Made by a program: the position numbers and the translations under genes. DNA of 64,000 nucleotides, taken from Owenia fusiformis. Its lineage: Eukaryota. The first letter of the stretch is position 1. Every line of letters begins with the position of its first letter. The stretch covers positions 16,616,001 to 16,680,000 of the forward strand of contig CAIIXF020000001.1 in assembly GCA_903813345.2 (NCBI GenBank), given 5' to 3'. Of this stretch, positions 1 through 12,000 are shown one piece after another. Below the pieces are notes generated by a model, which was given only the letters and a program-made list of their open reading frames with translations, ran no database searches and was not told the DNA's origin.

Positions 1-2
1 AT

Positions 3-488
3 GCTACCAAGCAGTGGAGTCTAGTCGGTAGATCACCTAGCCCCAGGAAGCAGTCGTGTATTGTGCCCTATAACCAGACACTTATTGAAGTCGGGGGAAC
101 TGTTGGATCCAAAACAACCGAGAGTTACGTTTATAATGGCAAAACGTTAGTCTACAGTGGAGAACAATTTGTACTTTCTGAATCTATTCAATTCGCAAAG
201 ATTGTGGTTCTTAATTCAGTGTTCTTCATTATATGGGAAGATAGCAAGCAAGTTATTGCAATGGACCCTGTAAAGCGAACATTCCGCCGTCTTGCAGACA
301 TGAATTACTCTCATGTTCACAGTGGAATATGTGTAATTGATAACAGGATTTACATAACTGGTGGGCTAATGGACAGTAAACCAAGCCAGGTGATAGAGGT
401 ATACGATTCAGAGTTAGATACTTGGACAGTTGTGAAATCTATGTATCTGGCCAGAGCTTGCCATGGATGTGTTAGCATTCAGATGTAA
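3..488 (+). CDS. Kelch-repeat (KLHL-like) protein, terminal exon, 5'-partial
   Basis: The frame is open from the window start (ATKQWSLVGRSPSPRKQSCIV...) to TAA at 486-488. Kelch blades are visible: LIEVGG, IYITGG...VIEVYDSELDTW..VKSMYLARACHGC. AATAAA signals near 1969-2000 may end the 3' UTR. Confidence 0.85.
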   Translation, partial: ATKQWSLVGRSPSPRKQSCIVPYNQTLIEVGGTVGSKTTESYVYNGKTLVYSGEQFVLSESIQFAKIVVLNSVFFIIWEDSKQVIAMDPVKRTFRRLADMNYSHVHSGICVIDNRIYITGGLMDSKPSQVIEVYDSELDTWTVVKSMYLARACHGCVSIQM

Positions 489-1258
489 TCTCTTCTCTGA
501 TTGGTCGACAAAAATTGGTGTGTTCGAGAGTTAAACTACACATAATAGTTTATTAACAGTGAATACACATTGTCATTTCTGGTAGATTAGATTATGTAGA
601 ACAATCATAAAGGACCTTAGCTATAAATTGTTCAAAACTGACCGTTTCATACGTCATATGGCAAGTATGTACTCAATTAGTCTCAATCAGTTCTGAGAAC
701 AAGTCAGTATTGTGCAAATGTAATATGATGTCACCACCGCAAATGCAACATATTGTTATAAACACCAACTTTTTGTGGACATTGTACATCAGTTGGGGTT
801 CATTCACAGTTTGGTGTCTATAACAAATGGCAGGTGGGGACATTTTGCATGTTTATGCATTGTGTTTCATGTCGGTAGTTTTAATAATCATATTTATTTA
901 TTACTTTAATCATTGTAATGATATTGTTTCATGTTTACACCCAGTATTAGTATATTGCAATATAATATTTATTATAAATAGTCATAATATCACATAGATT
1001 CTCATTGAAAATAACTGTAAAGACTGTAGATGCTAGATATATTCAAAACAGTCAATTATATCATAAATTGCTTAGAAACTTTGTATCTAGTAGTTTTAAA
1101 CATTGTTTATTAAATGAGGATTTGTTTAGAAATGTTTTTTGTTGTTGTTGTTATAACATGCTATAAAATCAGGAAAAGTGGACAGATGGAAATTCTGTTA
1201 ACCGATATGTGTTGAGCAAAATTCATTTATGTGCCTTGAAATGAATGCCCATTGATTT

Positions 1259-1569
1259 CAAGGAGGATTGGCTCCCATGCCCAGAGTGCAACATCGATAT
1301 TCTGTCCAATATCTGGGCATGTTGTGATACAAAATTCAAATTCGAACATTCGCCATTCTGTTCACTTAAACATTTGAATCGTGGATTTTGGTCTTATTTC
1401 TAATGAAAAATTCCAAAACTCGCAAGAAATGATCGAGATATCGGTTTGAATCTTTTGAACTGTTTATTTTGAATTTATTAGTCAGTTATAATTTCAGATA
1501 ATAATGACATTTCGACGTTTTTATTGTTTGAAAATATCGAGTTTCGATCCTGGGAGCCAATCCTCCTTG
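1259..1569. mobile_element. MITE with 19-bp TIRs and a probable 9-bp TSD (MULE-like)
   Basis: TIR caaggaggattggctccca / tgggagccaatcctccttg. Flanks are cattgattt (1250-1258) and catggattt (1570-1578), with one mismatch. Confidence 0.65.
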
Positions 1570-2059
1570 CATGGATTTGAAATGAATAATCGAGGGGAAT
1601 TTATAGAGGGTATTTATTCTGAGAAAATCAAACATTTTTGTGATATAATGTATTGGTAACTCTTTAATGTTTCTCATCATAATTCCTGTTCTTACAGTAC
1701 ATGAAAGCAGATTCAGTGTGTAGTTCCGGTATGATTCAACCAGGCAAATAGATTTTATGCCATACATATGCATATGCCATGCATATATTGATAATTGACT
1801 GTCCTAAGCCATGTAAGCATAACATAGATGTACTTTTTTTACATTTTGTTCTTAAGTTCAGATCATCAGTAGATGTTCTGTAACAGATTAAAACTACTTC
1901 AATATACTGGTATCTACATGAATATAAGTATGAACCAATTTTGACAATCTAATTAGAATTGTACATCATAATAAATAAATATTACAGTTTTTGAAATAAA
2001 TTATTATTTAATACATTTTGTTCAGTTTTTAGGTTTAATATTGGACAATATATGGGCTG

Positions 2060-2236
2060 CAGTGATCTCCCCGGGATTTTTTCTCAGATGGGACCAAAAT
2101 TGGTCAAAATATGCCAATTTTTCATGACTTCTCATTTTCAAGTGGGTGCAAATGGATTTTCAGGTGGGTGCAAGCCTATTTTTAAAATCTCAGGTGGGTG
2201 CTGCGCCCACTTATTTTAATGCTGGGGAGAACACTG
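2060..2236. mobile_element. Short MITE-like element
   Basis: Inverted ends cagtgatctcccc / ggggagaacactg and an internal repeated (a/g)gtgggtgc motif. No TSD recognised. Confidence 0.4.
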
Positions 2237-2602
2237 GACTGATATCAGTATTAGAGCATTGAGGTTAACTATGAAACTGCATATGCTCCTCTCCCCTTTC
2301 ATATATTTTAGTGAGTGATATGTCATTGTGACATCAGAGAGTCGATAAAACTAACATTTGAATATCTGAACTAAGAGGTTTTGGGTTACATCTTCAAAAC
2401 TGGGCCTAATTTTTCAATCTTTGAAAATGTTAATAATAGAAAAATTGTGGGAAATTTTGATATGATATGGCCTTTGCATGACCTTTACTGTATTTCATTT
2501 TCCAATACACGTAGTTTCATTTTTCTTTTCTAAAAGAGAGCTTCATCTACCTGGTAATCAATGTTCTAGGCTCTGGCTCTCAGATTCTTCTTTAGTTCCC
2601 TG

Positions 2603-2729
2603 CACAGGCCCAGGGCCACTAGTTCAAAGATCACCCCCTCCCAATCACTGTATTCTGCTATAGAAGACAGTATTAGAGTTTTCAGTGAGTGGGGGAGGTG
2701 AACCTTGAGCTATTGTTCCTGGACCTGTG
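2603..2729. repeat. Degenerate inverted repeat upstream of the POM121-like gene
   Basis: cacaggcccagg...ccccctcccaatcactg is imperfectly complementary to cagtgagtgggggagg...cctggacctgtg. Confidence 0.45.
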
Positions 2730-2889
2730 GTTCCCTGTGCTCTACAAATGGAATTATTTGGAATTATTACACACACTTAAAGATAATCTGCCTGTAAATT
2801 ATCAGGATTTAGGGTCATGATTTTGGATTTGATCTTGTGTCAATACACTTTAGTAAAGTGAAACTGCACATTTTGAAATGGTAAATCAA

Positions 2890-2962
2890 TACGTGGCTGG
2901 TCATGACGCCGAACCAATCAAATTACAGTAGCCATTCATTTCTTGTGTCCCGCCGGAAGTCA
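2890..2962 (+). promoter_or_regulatory. Putative promoter of the POM121-like gene
   Basis: CpG-containing patch with a TGACG half-site, CCAAT (~2914) and an ETS-type CCGGAAGT (2953-2960), about 75-140 bp upstream of ATG 3034. Confidence 0.4.
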
Positions 2963-3033
2963 AAATTTTGAAAAGAAAATGTGAAAACTCACTCAATATT
3001 AGTCTATAATAGCTAATTTAAAGATCTAGAACA

Positions 3034-6000
3034 ATGGATATCGGGTATGGAACACTATTATGTATAACAGTTGTACTTGGGCTAATAATCAGGTTCCTGT
3101 ACAACTTTGGTAAAGAGATTGGCCTTTCCAAATTGATAACTCGTGAAAACGGGAAAAATCAAAAATCTCGATCAAAATTTGCATCAAGACGAGAGACACT
3201 AACAAAGTGGCCAAGCAACTCAACAAAACACAACGTCAGTTCCTTGGATTCTTCTACATCAACAACAACCAGTACTCCTAAATCAAACAAAGTCAGAAGC
3301 CGATTTGGGAGTTCCAACTCTACTCTACAAAGTGAATATTCTCTTGCATATACATCTCCATCGGCACTTGGAGCATTATCACCGATACTACCTGCATCTC
3401 CTGTTGTACCAGATCAGTCTACTCAACAATCTACAATGTCGCACCAACCTCATACAATGATAACAAGTCCATTTCCTACAAAGTAAGTTAAGGTCTCATG
3501 GAAGTTAACAGGAAATGACAAAACAAAAAATGACAAAGCCATGCTGGATTTTGAAAATTTTTTGAACCAAGATAACAGAGTTCTGTTTGGACCTCCAGTC
3601 AGTTTAACTAGTTCCACATATCATTTACATGACTGGGAACACAATTGAAATGGTCAGAATGACCATAAACATGAAAGAATAACCTTTTCAGCCCTCTGAA
3701 AATGTGACTAAAAAATAGCTAAGAGTCTGTGCTCAGGAAAGGTCACTGAACAGAATCTTTTGACTTTTTCAGAAAATGTGCCCAATATATTGCTCTAAAT
3801 GATACAATTTAAACAAATTTGATATCATTCTTAGAAAAAGAAAAAATTAAAAAAAACTGAATTGAAAATCGATCTATTTTCCTTTTTACAACAGCCATTA
3901 TTGTTTCAGACAATATTTTAAATTTCAAAGATTGTGTCATTTAGAGCAATATATTGGACACATTTTCTGAAAAAATCAAAAGATTCTGTTGATTGACCTT
4001 TCCTGAGCACCTACTTTTAGCTATTTTTCAGTCACATTTTCAAAGGGCTGAAAAGATTATTTTATCATGTTTATGGTCATTCTGACCATTTCAATTGTTT
4101 TTCAACTTTTTCAACTTTTATATTCATTTTATGATATATGTATGAACTTAATCTGTAAAGCAGTATTAGGGCTGAGCCATCTAGTCAGAATTTGTCCAAA
4201 CTGTAGACTAGTTTGAAATGCCAGTGTTAAAACTCTGGTGGTTATCTAACCATTTTTTGTATCAATGTCAGAATTTGATTAGAATGAATGATAAAGATGT
4301 TGTTGAAAGAGAACTGGCCAACTCTTTATAAAATGTCTGATTTTGATTTTTTATGATGTTAACTTCCTTCACTTTTTAAAAATAATATTTATCATTGCTA
4401 GGCAGGGAATAAGATAAGTGAATTTAGGTCATACCTGACAGTAAAGTCTTCTATGACAGATTTTATGGGAGTACAGTTTCCTGTATGACTATGTTTCATA
4501 CTTTTTTGTTTGTCATCGAGATATACCGAATTGAATTAAACAAAATCATGTTGTAAACCTGAAGTTTCCAGCATAAATTGTGTGGAAGTTTTCTGCGCTT
4601 CTACTTGATTAAGAATATTGTTAATAACAAAACAATTTGAAAACTATTGGAAATTCTTGGTCATATCAAGGTGATTCCAATTCTGTAGACCACATTTTAA
4701 TTCTAAATTGCTCCAAACCAGTTCTGCAACAGCCCTAAGCAGTCATTCACATACTGTTCTCTAGGTATTTTTCGCATGCAATTTCATTTCGTGCTTTTCA
4801 TGATTGTGTTAAAATCACGGAAATTAACCGTCACAAATTTCACCAATTAAAGGCTGAGGTGCAGCATGTCATTGACTAAGATCTAGAAATTGTAAATCTT
4901 AACCAAATATGACATTGGGTAGGTGTTATTAATATAGATAGGGTGAATTAGTTTACAGAGCTTGAGGATTCAGAAAACAACGGAATTTAAACTTTTGAAA
5001 TCCGCGAAATTTAATGGCTGCGAAATAGGCATTTCTCAAAATTCGCGATATTAAAACTTGCGAAATAAACTAGGAGTACAGTATGTTTTGCTTGCTGTAT
5101 TACAGAAACCCCCTTATTAAAAACTGAGCCACATATGCATTTCTGTGTTAAATTTCAGGTTCTTCGGGAAGTCTGCTATCACATCAACTCCAATGGTAAC
5201 AAACAACATGCTACAATCAGGCACACATTTGCTTCAACCACCCAACATATTCCAACAAGCAACTTCACAACCTCTTAATGTTGTACCATCTGTTGTTTTG
5301 CGTAAGCCATCTAAACATGCTTTGAGCAGTGCAAATTCTAGGATGGTGAGAAGTCCCTCAACTATAAAGATTCCTTCATCATCAGAACATGAAAAATCAT
5401 CATATTTGATGTCATTGTAAGTAAAGAAAGTATTGCTGCATCAGGCCAAAAATAATTATACATACATATTTTTTATCTTTAACATTTTCACAGATCATTT
5501 TACCATTATCTGAATGTGGATTGAACTGCAATAGTAAAGGCAATTGAATAAATAGAAAAATGTTCCAATTTTTATTGGCCCACCCCGTGTGACTTATATT
5601 TTAACTAAATAAGCCAGGGCACAGGAAAAGGGGTCTTATCATAAATTTTTTCAATATTTTGATTTTTGTTTATCTTAAAAAGCATATATAGACCTTTTAA
5701 AAGAGCCATAAAAAACTATTTGAATTTAGCACATTTTCCTCTTATCTTGGGCACATTTTTATCCCATCGAACGAAGTTCGGAGGGATATAGGGAACGCCT
5801 CCGTCCGTCCGTACGTACGTCCGTCCGTACGTACGTACGTCCGTCCGTACGTCCGTCCGTCCGTCCGGGCAATAACTCAAATACCGTTGGCCCTATTTTG
5901 TTCATATTTTGTACACATATACCCTATGGGGCTAGAAGTTCTGCTCGAAAGCCGATTTTCAAAATGGCCGCTCATTTCAAAATGGCGGCCATTTTAGTGC

Positions 6001-9000
6001 CGATTTTACAGTAATTTAGGTGCAATATGTAAAACTGTAATAGCAATATGTTTTAAATGTAAAAAAATTATAAAGGACATTAATAAAGCTACAAATGAAG
6101 ATATTAAAGAAGCACATGGCAGCCATCTTGAAAAATGGCGGCCTTTACTCGTTATTTACGATTTTTGCTGTAACTCGAAAAGCAGTGGAGCGATTTTGTT
6201 CATATTTGGTATGTGAATACTATAAGCATTGGACACTGTCTAAAGACATTTTTGGTAGAAGGCGGCCATTTTGAAAAATGGCCGCCATTTTAACGTATTT
6301 TACTATAACTCGAAAAGTAGTGGAGCGATTTTGTTCATATTTGGTATGTGAATACTATAAGCATGGCACACTGTCCTATGACACTTTTGGTAGAAGGCGG
6401 CCATTTTGAAAAAAATTTTGAAAAATGGCCGCCATTTTAACGTATTTTACTATAACTTGAAAAGTAGTGGAGCGATTTTGTTCATATTTGGTATGTGAAT
6501 ACTATAAGCATGGCACACTGTCTAATGATACTTTTGGTAGAAAGCATATTATTTCTTCTGATGACAACTTGGCAAATGAGCAACCATTTTGAAAATGGTG
6601 GCCTTTCTGGTGTGTTGTTTTATGATATTTGCTATATATTTTGTTTGTAAAAATGTCAGCCATTTCTGTTCGATGGGATTCGCTACGCTTTGGCGTTGCC
6701 GTTGTTCTGGTTGGCTCTGTAGCACAATTTTAATTTTTGTGATAAGACCGGTTTTCCTGTGTTGAAGCTCAAATATGTAAATGTTGTTCCTTACAGAGTT
6801 CGAAATAAGCCAGAAACAGAAGGTTCTCCCCTGGCCAGGTCTACTGTCATCACAGCTCTCAAAAAAGCAAGGGAAAAGAGGTATGACATACCCTGTTGAA
6901 TGAATATTTCTTTTTATTATTCTTAGTTGGTCAGCATGATTATAGTGTAAGATGTCAAAGTATCTGCTCTTCTAGTAGACTTGACACTTAGTCTTAAGAT
7001 AATTATACTGCCAATATAATCAAAACACAATGAAAACTTTTTTAAAAACACATTAGTAGTAAAATATGAATGGGGAATAATACAATGTTTTCATTAAACT
7101 AGAAATCCAAGCGATTTTAGTAAGTTTTTACAATTACAAGGAGATCAATTAGCGAGCATTGGCTAATGCCATGTGTTTACGGTTGCCTTTTTACTTGTTT
7201 CTAGGAAACATCCCAGCAGTAAAGACCCCAGTGAAAGGACTGCAGATTATGTACAAGAAAATGAAGGCACACAACAGAAAAGAACAAGGTTAGTGAAAAT
7301 ATAAGGTTTAAATGCTCAATGTTATGTCACCACCAAAACATGGTGACATGGCCCACCCTTTTTTCGATATATCTCAATGACCTTATATCAAAAATCAACA
7401 CCACTGGATATGGCGTTGGCATTGGAGGGACATATATAGGTATTCTAGCATATGCAGATATTATTTTGATCGCCCCATGCTCAGATAATCTACAACAACT
7501 ACTCAATACATGTATATTAAATGAATGGTGCAAAAAGTGGAGAGTAGAGATTAATAAAGACAAAACCAAAATAATGCATTTCCGCCCAAAAAATGTAAAT
7601 AGATGTCGGAAACTATTTAAATGTGGTGAAATAACACATGGTAGACGTCTGTAACAAATGTCACATTTTACATGATAATGCTTTGATTCAAGTTGACTTC
7701 ACTTTTGTACAATGTTTTATACTCTGTGTTCTTATATCGAATGGTGTTTTTGTTGATTATCTCTCACCTTACAGATACAATGTGTATCATCAAACTTGCT
7801 ACAAATATTTAACACTTCAAGTTTTTCCAATTTTTTTTTAGATGGGAAGACATAGAAACTACTATGGGGAATTACATACCACCTCAGTCCATCAACTACC
7901 AAATGTTGACAGACCAAAGTCAATATCCTGTATATGCTCCAACACAAATCGAAAGACGCGTCACTAATCTTAAGCGACCAGCTCTACATAACACATATGA
8001 GGACTGTACTATCGAGGAATCTGACCGCAAAAGATGTATAACTGATAACACTATAGATCAACACAGAGGAGGTATCAGGCAGTCCAAGAGGAATCCTATT
8101 GCAATATCTCTATCCTCTAGTAACAGAGCCAAGGTTAAACAGGTGATTACTATATACAAATTCTACATGTTCAACACATATTGAAATTACAGATTATTGT
8201 AGCGCTATTAACACTCAATATTTACATGGCTTTGTTTCTCTATTTTAAAACACTTATTTTATTACACATTTGTGTGTTCGTGCATTTCTCTGTTTAGCAT
8301 ATAATTACAGATTTGTGCATTCCCGCACTAAAGAAACACATGATAACAGAGTTGTGCATCAACGCATCAAACATATAATTACAGATTTGTTTATATGATG
8401 TCTGTATTTGTGAGAATGTGGATTTGTAAAAGAATACTGGATGTTACAAATTGACAGGAAATTATGATTACTGTATATTTAAATATTGGTTTTCTGTTCA
8501 AGGTACAAGAAAGAGAGAAAAGAAAACTGAACTCAAGTGTATCAAATAAAAGTGCAACAGAATCGGAGGCTTCAAATAAGAGGACACGTAACACAACAGA
8601 AACTCAAATTAGTGGAGAGACACGGCTGAAAGACATCCCCTTTCCAAGGTATGACTTATATGAAACTTGAAAAAATTACTTTTAGTTTTGTCAGTACTAC
8701 TGCACATTGTCAATGTGCTTTTATTGGAATAATTTGGTAAGAAGGGATTGAATTCTGATTATTTGTGTGATTTAATTAATAAATGCATATTTTTGTATTT
8801 AGTGAGGATGTCATTCAAAATGGCCTGGACTTTGACGGAGATGCAGATATGAGTCAATCAGAAAGAGCCTTTGAAGCAGTAAGTGAATTTTATAATATTA
8901 CCACAACAATGTTATGGTCTCCAACTTTTTTGTGGATGGTGTTTTGGTTCAGCGTCTGTAACAAATGGAAGGTGGTGACATTTTGTATGTTTATGCCTTA

Positions 9001-12000
9001 TTACATTTTATACCAATAACATATGTTCACAGAGTGTTAGTCATGCTATACATATATTTTTCAGAAAAGTTCGAAAATATGCAATGACAAGGAATGCTGG
9101 TAGAACTAGAAATACACCAGAATTGTATAGACCATAGCAATTTTTCTCCTCTTCAAATGACTAGTTTACCAAGATATTTTGGCTTAGAAATTAGTTTTTA
9201 TGTCACCAACAAAAGTGGATCTTCTTTGTTGATGGTTCAGTGGTTGGTGTTCATCATCTATAACAAATGGCAGGTGGTGACATTTTCCATCTTGTCCCAA
9301 TTTTCTCAGAGTTAGAGGTCTCAATATTTCTAGTAACGTTTCCTTTAATTTCAGGAGCAAAAAACGTTTGATGAAGCATCAAAGATGACTCCTAAGAAGC
9401 AATTATTCCCTATAAAGTCTGGATCTTCACAGATGAGGCGGACCCCAATTTATTCATATAACAAAAATACACCAAAGAAAAAATCTGTAAGCCAAAGTTT
9501 TGCAAAGTTTAATGACACTCTAATTAAACGTTCAAACATGTTATATTTAAAAGATGTATTGCTTGCCTTTGACTGTATGGTGTACATGTATATAGATATT
9601 TAATTGAGCAAGAAAAATATATTTTGAATGAAAAATAAAAATTTTGTGTTTTAGGTAGCGGAAGTTATGAAGATCACAGAGGCTGATTTAGCTAAAGACA
9701 GGGAGGCAGAACAAAAGCGTATATCTGATATTGTCTCATTGATTGATGAAAAGCCTAAACAAGATAAAGGTATGAAAATTTTCTGAAATATTTGTAGGAC
9801 TATTCTGTAAATTGCCTCGTTGAATGCATTTTTAAAACCCATATAACTATCACTATACATATCATCATACATAAGCTTTCCTAAACATCTCACTAGTAGC
9901 TCTATTTCAGAAGCTTATCTCTGTTGTTTTGTATACACAGGTCACAGTCCACAATTGAGGCATGGTGAACTTAGAATATAAATTCAAAAGTACATCTTGA
10001 CCTTAATATGAGATATGTCAAGGAGATAAAAGAATTGTTTCTTTTTATGTGCATGTGAAGTTAATAATTGAAACGTATGCCAGGACACGTGGTACATTTG
10101 TAGTCCCCTAATGGTGTGAATAATTATAAAAGTTGAATTAAAAATCAAATACTGCATCATAATCAAAGTTGGAGACTTTACATTAGAATGTTCAATGGAT
10201 TTTGGTTTATTAGCAGATTTCTGGATGTTGGTACCAGAGTGGTGTAAGCATGTTGATTATTTTCCTAAACTGCATATATTATCGTATAACTTCATAGCAA
10301 TATGAAATGAAAGAAGCAAATTGATAGGCAATATAGAATGGAATGATAAGATATATTTCTGGTATTTGGGAAATAAGAAGAGATCATGTGAAGCACATTT
10401 TGAAAAATAGAATTGGTGGTTGTTCTAAATACAGTGAAACCTGTATATCCAAACACCTCTCTTATTCAAACACCTCTCTTATCCAAACACCTCTCTTATT
10501 CAAACACCTCTCAATGTTGAAAAAATTTTCTTGGTCCAGGTTTTTTATCTCCCATTGACTTACATGTTTATAAAACCTTGCAATGTGAACACTGCTTATC
10601 TGAACACTTTTGGTCTTAGAGGCATCCATATGTTTTAAGTGTTAAGATGTTCTGGGTGTAATATTCCCAAAACATGTTTCTTGAACAAGAGTTTAGACAT
10701 ATACATTTAAATTGTTTTTCACCTTCAGGTGCTGTTACAACTAGTGTGGCTTCAACTACAGTTGTAACAAAGGAGACTGCATCCACTGTAACGAATTTGA
10801 GCACAGCCTCTGGTGCCACCCCTAGTGCTATTGCTACACAAGCTACTTTACCAACTGCTAGTGTTAACCCTTTACTGACTACCAGCACATTGGGCGGATT
10901 TAAACTCCCTGGTGCAACGCAATCGTTAGGTGGAATAAAACCTACAGTTGTCACGACATCTACCACAAGTAGTAGTAGCAGTTCATATTCATTTAAGCCG
11001 TTATTTCCCTCTGACTCTACTGCAACATCAAGTGCAGTTACTTCTGTTGCATCGAGCTCCTCATCTAATACTGGAGTCGCCTCAGCATTGGCCTCACTGT
11101 CTAGCCTAACTAGCTCAACACCATCATCACAGTCAGTAGGATCTGCAACGCTCCCATCATATTCCCAATCACAGGCAGCACCTGCATCAACAGCAGTTAC
11201 CCTGCCCATTTTATCCAGCCTCATAGGGGCATCCACAGATTCAACCCCAGCCACTAGCTCTTTAGGGACGAGTGGAACATTACAAAACAATTCAGTAGGG
11301 TTCAATTTTGGATCATCCCAGTTTGCCCAAAATGCGACCTCATTAGGCTCTGTGAGCTCGACTTCCAGTGGATTATCTTTTGGATCTGGATCAGCAACAA
11401 GTGCGGCCAGCAGTCTTGGTGCTTTATCTGGATCAGCTACAAGTGCGGCTAGCAGTCTTGGTGCTTTATCTGGATCAGCTACAAGTGCGGCTAGCAGTCT
11501 TGGTGCTTTATCTGGATCAGCTACAAGTGCAGCTAGCAATCTTGGTGCTTTAGGAGGCTTTGCTCCATTATCAACCACAACTAATTCTACAACAGGAACT
11601 CTGTCTACTGTAGCATCAACACCAACCACTGGGTTTAACTTTGGATCAAGTGCACCCTCAACCACAAGTAGTTCTTCATCTGGATTGTTTGGATCAACAC
11701 CTGTATCAAGTAGTTCAGGATTAACATTTGGGGCAGTGTCCTCAACATCAGCACCTTCCAGTTCTTCATCATCTGGATTTAGTTTTGGAACTGGTTCAGT
11801 AACTACAACCACCAGTTCATCTACAACAGGTGGGTTTGGTTTTGGAGTAGCCACAGGATTTGGTGCATCGGTAGTCCAAGGTCCACCTCGAACTGGATTT
11901 GGAGTGGCAACTGGTTTTTCATTTGGGACTCCAATCAAAAAGAAAGAAGAGGGTCCTGCCACCGCTGCTAGCTATGGTGTCACCCTTGTTAATGACACTC

